Assembly: GCA_043813585.1 (NCBI GenBank)
Contig: JBDRKW010000020.1
Span: 193,185 to 257,184, forward strand
Source of the DNA: Candidatus Kerfeldbacteria bacterium
GTDB taxonomy: Bacteria; Patescibacteriota; Patescibacteriia; UBA9570; XYC2-FULL-38-9
Direction of reading: 5' to 3'
DNA: 64,000 nucleotides
The notes below the pieces were generated by a model. It was not told the origin of the DNA. It searched no databases and worked only from the letters and a program-made list of their open reading frames with translations. Both the position numbers and the translations under genes were made by a program. Shown in pieces: positions 62,269 through 64,000 of the stretch. The first letter of the stretch is position 1. The number at the start of each line of letters is the position of its first letter.

Positions 62269-62285
62269 ACCTCCTGGCCGTTAGC

Positions 62286-62444
62286 TTACTTGGATTCCTT
62301 AAAAGCCGTGTGCTTCTTACAATGCTTGCAATGCTTTTTGAGTTCCAGACGGTGTCCGCGCAGCTTTCGCATGTTCTTATAGGTATAATACCCGATGCGC
62401 TTGCATTCTGTACACTCCATTTTGATGAGATTGTCCTGTGACAT
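62286..62444 (-). CDS. rpmG: 50S ribosomal protein L33 (Zn-binding form), absent from the ORF track
   Basis: MSQDNLIKMECTECKRIGYYTYKNMRKLRGHRLELKKHCKHCKKHTAFKESK. Confidence 0.95.
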   Translation of the reverse strand: MSQDNLIKMECTECKRIGYYTYKNMRKLRGHRLELKKHCKHCKKHTAFKESK

Positions 62445-62465
62445 ACGTATTTATTACTTAATTTG

Positions 62466-62537
62466 AGCCGAAGAGAGGAATCGAACCCCCAACCAATCGC
62501 TTACAAAGCGACTGCTCTACCGTTGAGCTACTTCGGC
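62466..62537 (-). tRNA. tRNA-Thr (TGT)
   Basis: GCCGAAG/CTTCGGC acceptor stem, GTCGC-TTTGTAA-GCGAT; CCA not encoded. Confidence 0.95.
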
Positions 62538-62565
62538 GCAGCTCCTTTAAGCAGAAACCGGGATG

Positions 62566-62648
62566 TGGGCCGGGAGGGATTTGAACCCCCGAAGGCGTAA
62601 GCCAACTGGTCTACAGCCAGTTCCATTTGACCACTTTGGTACCGACCC
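62566..62648 (-). tRNA. tRNA-Tyr (GTA)
   Basis: GGGTCGG/CCGGCCC acceptor stem, ACTGG-CTGTAGA-CCAGT, long variable arm; CCA not encoded. Confidence 0.95.
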
Positions 62649-62671
62649 GGATATTCTATTGAAGGTGCGTG

Positions 62672-62744
62672 AGCCGACACGCAGAATCGAACTGCGGACC
62701 TCATCCTTACCATGGATGCGCTCTACCAACTGAGCTATGTCGGC
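62672..62744 (-). tRNA. tRNA-Thr (GGT)
   Basis: GCCGACA/TGTCGGC acceptor stem, CATCC-ATGGTAA-GGATG; CCA not encoded. Confidence 0.95.
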
Positions 62745-62762
62745 GGAAGTATAGCAGTTTTC

Positions 62763-63554
62763 TTACATATCTTCCACCATTTTCTCAAGTTCTTCAAGCT
62801 TCTGGTTCTCGGGATTGACTTCCTTTAATGTCCGCAACGCTTTACGGGCAACGAAGCCGTCCTTGAGCTCGATAGCAAGGTTCAGCAGGGAATCCAGATC
62901 ACGCGGATTTTTCGGCGACAAGTCAACACATTTCTTGTACATCTCCATGGCTTTTTCTTTTTCCCCAGTTGTCTCGTAGATCTTGCCCAGGTCATAATAG
63001 ATGCGATCGTCGTTCGGGTTAAGCGTCTTCGCGAAATTCAACGTTTCAATGGCATGGTCGTATTCCTTCTTTTCAAAGTAGATCTCGCCAAGGTATTCAT
63101 ATGCCTCTTCTTCCTTTGGATTAAGGCGGATAGCTTCCAAGAAGATCTGCTCGGCATCGCTATAATTCTCATCCTTGAACAATTGTGTGCCTTCTTCGAT
63201 CAATACGGCAATTTTCTGCCGTGAAATCTCTTTTTCTTCCTGTGTCTGCGGCTTCTTTGCTGCATTCTTGTATTTCTTCTCCATCTCGCTCAGCTTATTT
63301 CGCATGCCTTGGAATCCTCCGGCCAGTTTTAACCCTGCCGGCGCCATTACCTTCTTCGTTGCCTCACGAATGCCTCTGGTCTTTCGCTGCAGCCGCTCTT
63401 CAATCAGGCGGTATTTCTTCGACCGCAACTTGGCTTTCGGCATGGCATCAAGGTCCAACAACAACATTCGCTTCCACTTGCCCGCAAGCAAAACGATGAG
63501 CGTGATAAGCGCCGCTCCCAATATTCCGATTACGATCCAGTCAAATAGTTGCAT
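62763..63554 (-). CDS. Membrane-anchored tetratricopeptide repeat protein
   Basis: N-terminal TM from ATG 63554; TPR repeats (AIRLNP..AYEYLG, AKTLNP..YYDLG). Confidence 0.85.
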   Translation of the reverse strand: MQLFDWIVIGILGAALITLIVLLAGKWKRMLLLDLDAMPKAKLRSKKYRLIEERLQRKTRGIREATKKVMAPAGLKLAGGFQGMRNKLSEMEKKYKNAAKKPQTQEEKEISRQKIAVLIEEGTQLFKDENYSDAEQIFLEAIRLNPKEEEAYEYLGEIYFEKKEYDHAIETLNFAKTLNPNDDRIYYDLGKIYETTGEKEKAMEMYKKCVDLSPKNPRDLDSLLNLAIELKDGFVARKALRTLKEVNPENQKLEELEKMVEDM

Positions 63555-63561
63555 AGTATGG

Positions 63562-64000
63562 TTATGACTTTGTTTCTTCCAATGATCCTGCCGAGCATCC
63601 GCTGCAGCCGACTTTTTCACATCCCATCTTTATATCGACCCGCTTTCCTTCAGAATCCTTCAACGTGATCTCGTGCGTCAGCAAATTGCGCGCAACAACG
63701 ACCCCTTCGCCGTGCGTCCTCGTGCGGATATGCGCGCCAACCTCCGGCATGGCGTCTGCGCAAACGCGGTATCCTTCAGATTCATACGACAGGCAGCATT
63801 TCAGCCGTCCGCACAAGCCGCTCAAGCGGTCGCTCCCGCGGTGTTCCAGCTGCTGCAGCTGGATCAGATCGGAACTGACGCTGTCGAGCGTCGCCTTCCA
63901 GGTGGAGCAGCAGGTTGGACGCCCGCATGATCCCACGCCGCCCATCTCTGCTGTCACATCACGCGAGCCGATCTGCTGCAGCCTGATCTGGCGCTGGAAA
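63562..64000 (-). CDS. ricT: PSP1/RicT (YaaT)-family Fe-S protein, 5'-partial
   Basis: QIGSRD, GGVGSCGRPTCC, SGLCGRLKCCLSYE; the frame stays open to the window edge. Confidence 0.88.
   Translation of the reverse strand, partial: FQRQIRLQQIGSRDVTAEMGGVGSCGRPTCCSTWKATLDSVSSDLIQLQQLEHRGSDRLSGLCGRLKCCLSYESEGYRVCADAMPEVGAHIRTRTHGEGVVVARNLLTHEITLKDSEGKRVDIKMGCEKVGCSGCSAGSLEETKS

Noticed and set aside
61745-62729. Short ORFs overlapping the tRNA genes (61745-61990, 62528-62713, 62547-62729)
   Set aside because: They are translations of tRNA sequence.

Overview
Gene-dense bacterial chromosomal window, mostly on the minus strand and in standard code 11 (TGA is used as a stop). The short intergenic spacers, scarce Shine-Dalgarno motifs, absence of central biosynthetic pathways and gene content suggest a Patescibacteria/CPR genome (inference). 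Housekeeping genes are gyrB, pheST, metG, alpha2-type glyQS, typA, rpmG and four tRNAs. Larger modules are a complete 9-gene V/A-type ATPase operon with a Na+-type K subunit, divergent from a CBS/NhaD-ArsB/PEP-utiliser/UvrD-nuclease operon; an EamA-GH1-GH sugar cassette; a MacAB-like ABC system coupled to an S11 peptidase; a ThpR-archease-RtcB RNA-repair operon; a copper-export operon; and several lipid head-group enzymes, including a CarS-like gene. Best candidates for novelty: (1) a Cys/His/Met-rich upstream ORF followed immediately by a strand-specific terminator-like hairpin in front of the regulator-less copper operon, a possible translation-coupled copper attenuator; (2) a ~270-nt GC-rich, multi-hairpin candidate ncRNA at the window start; (3) structured spacers and an identical 11-nt non-SD initiation motif before the high-stoichiometry ATPase subunits; (4) pervasive near-leaderless promoters; (5) a catalytically degenerate HIT gene overlapping tRNA-Trp. 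No CRISPR array, transposase, integrase or rRNA was seen.
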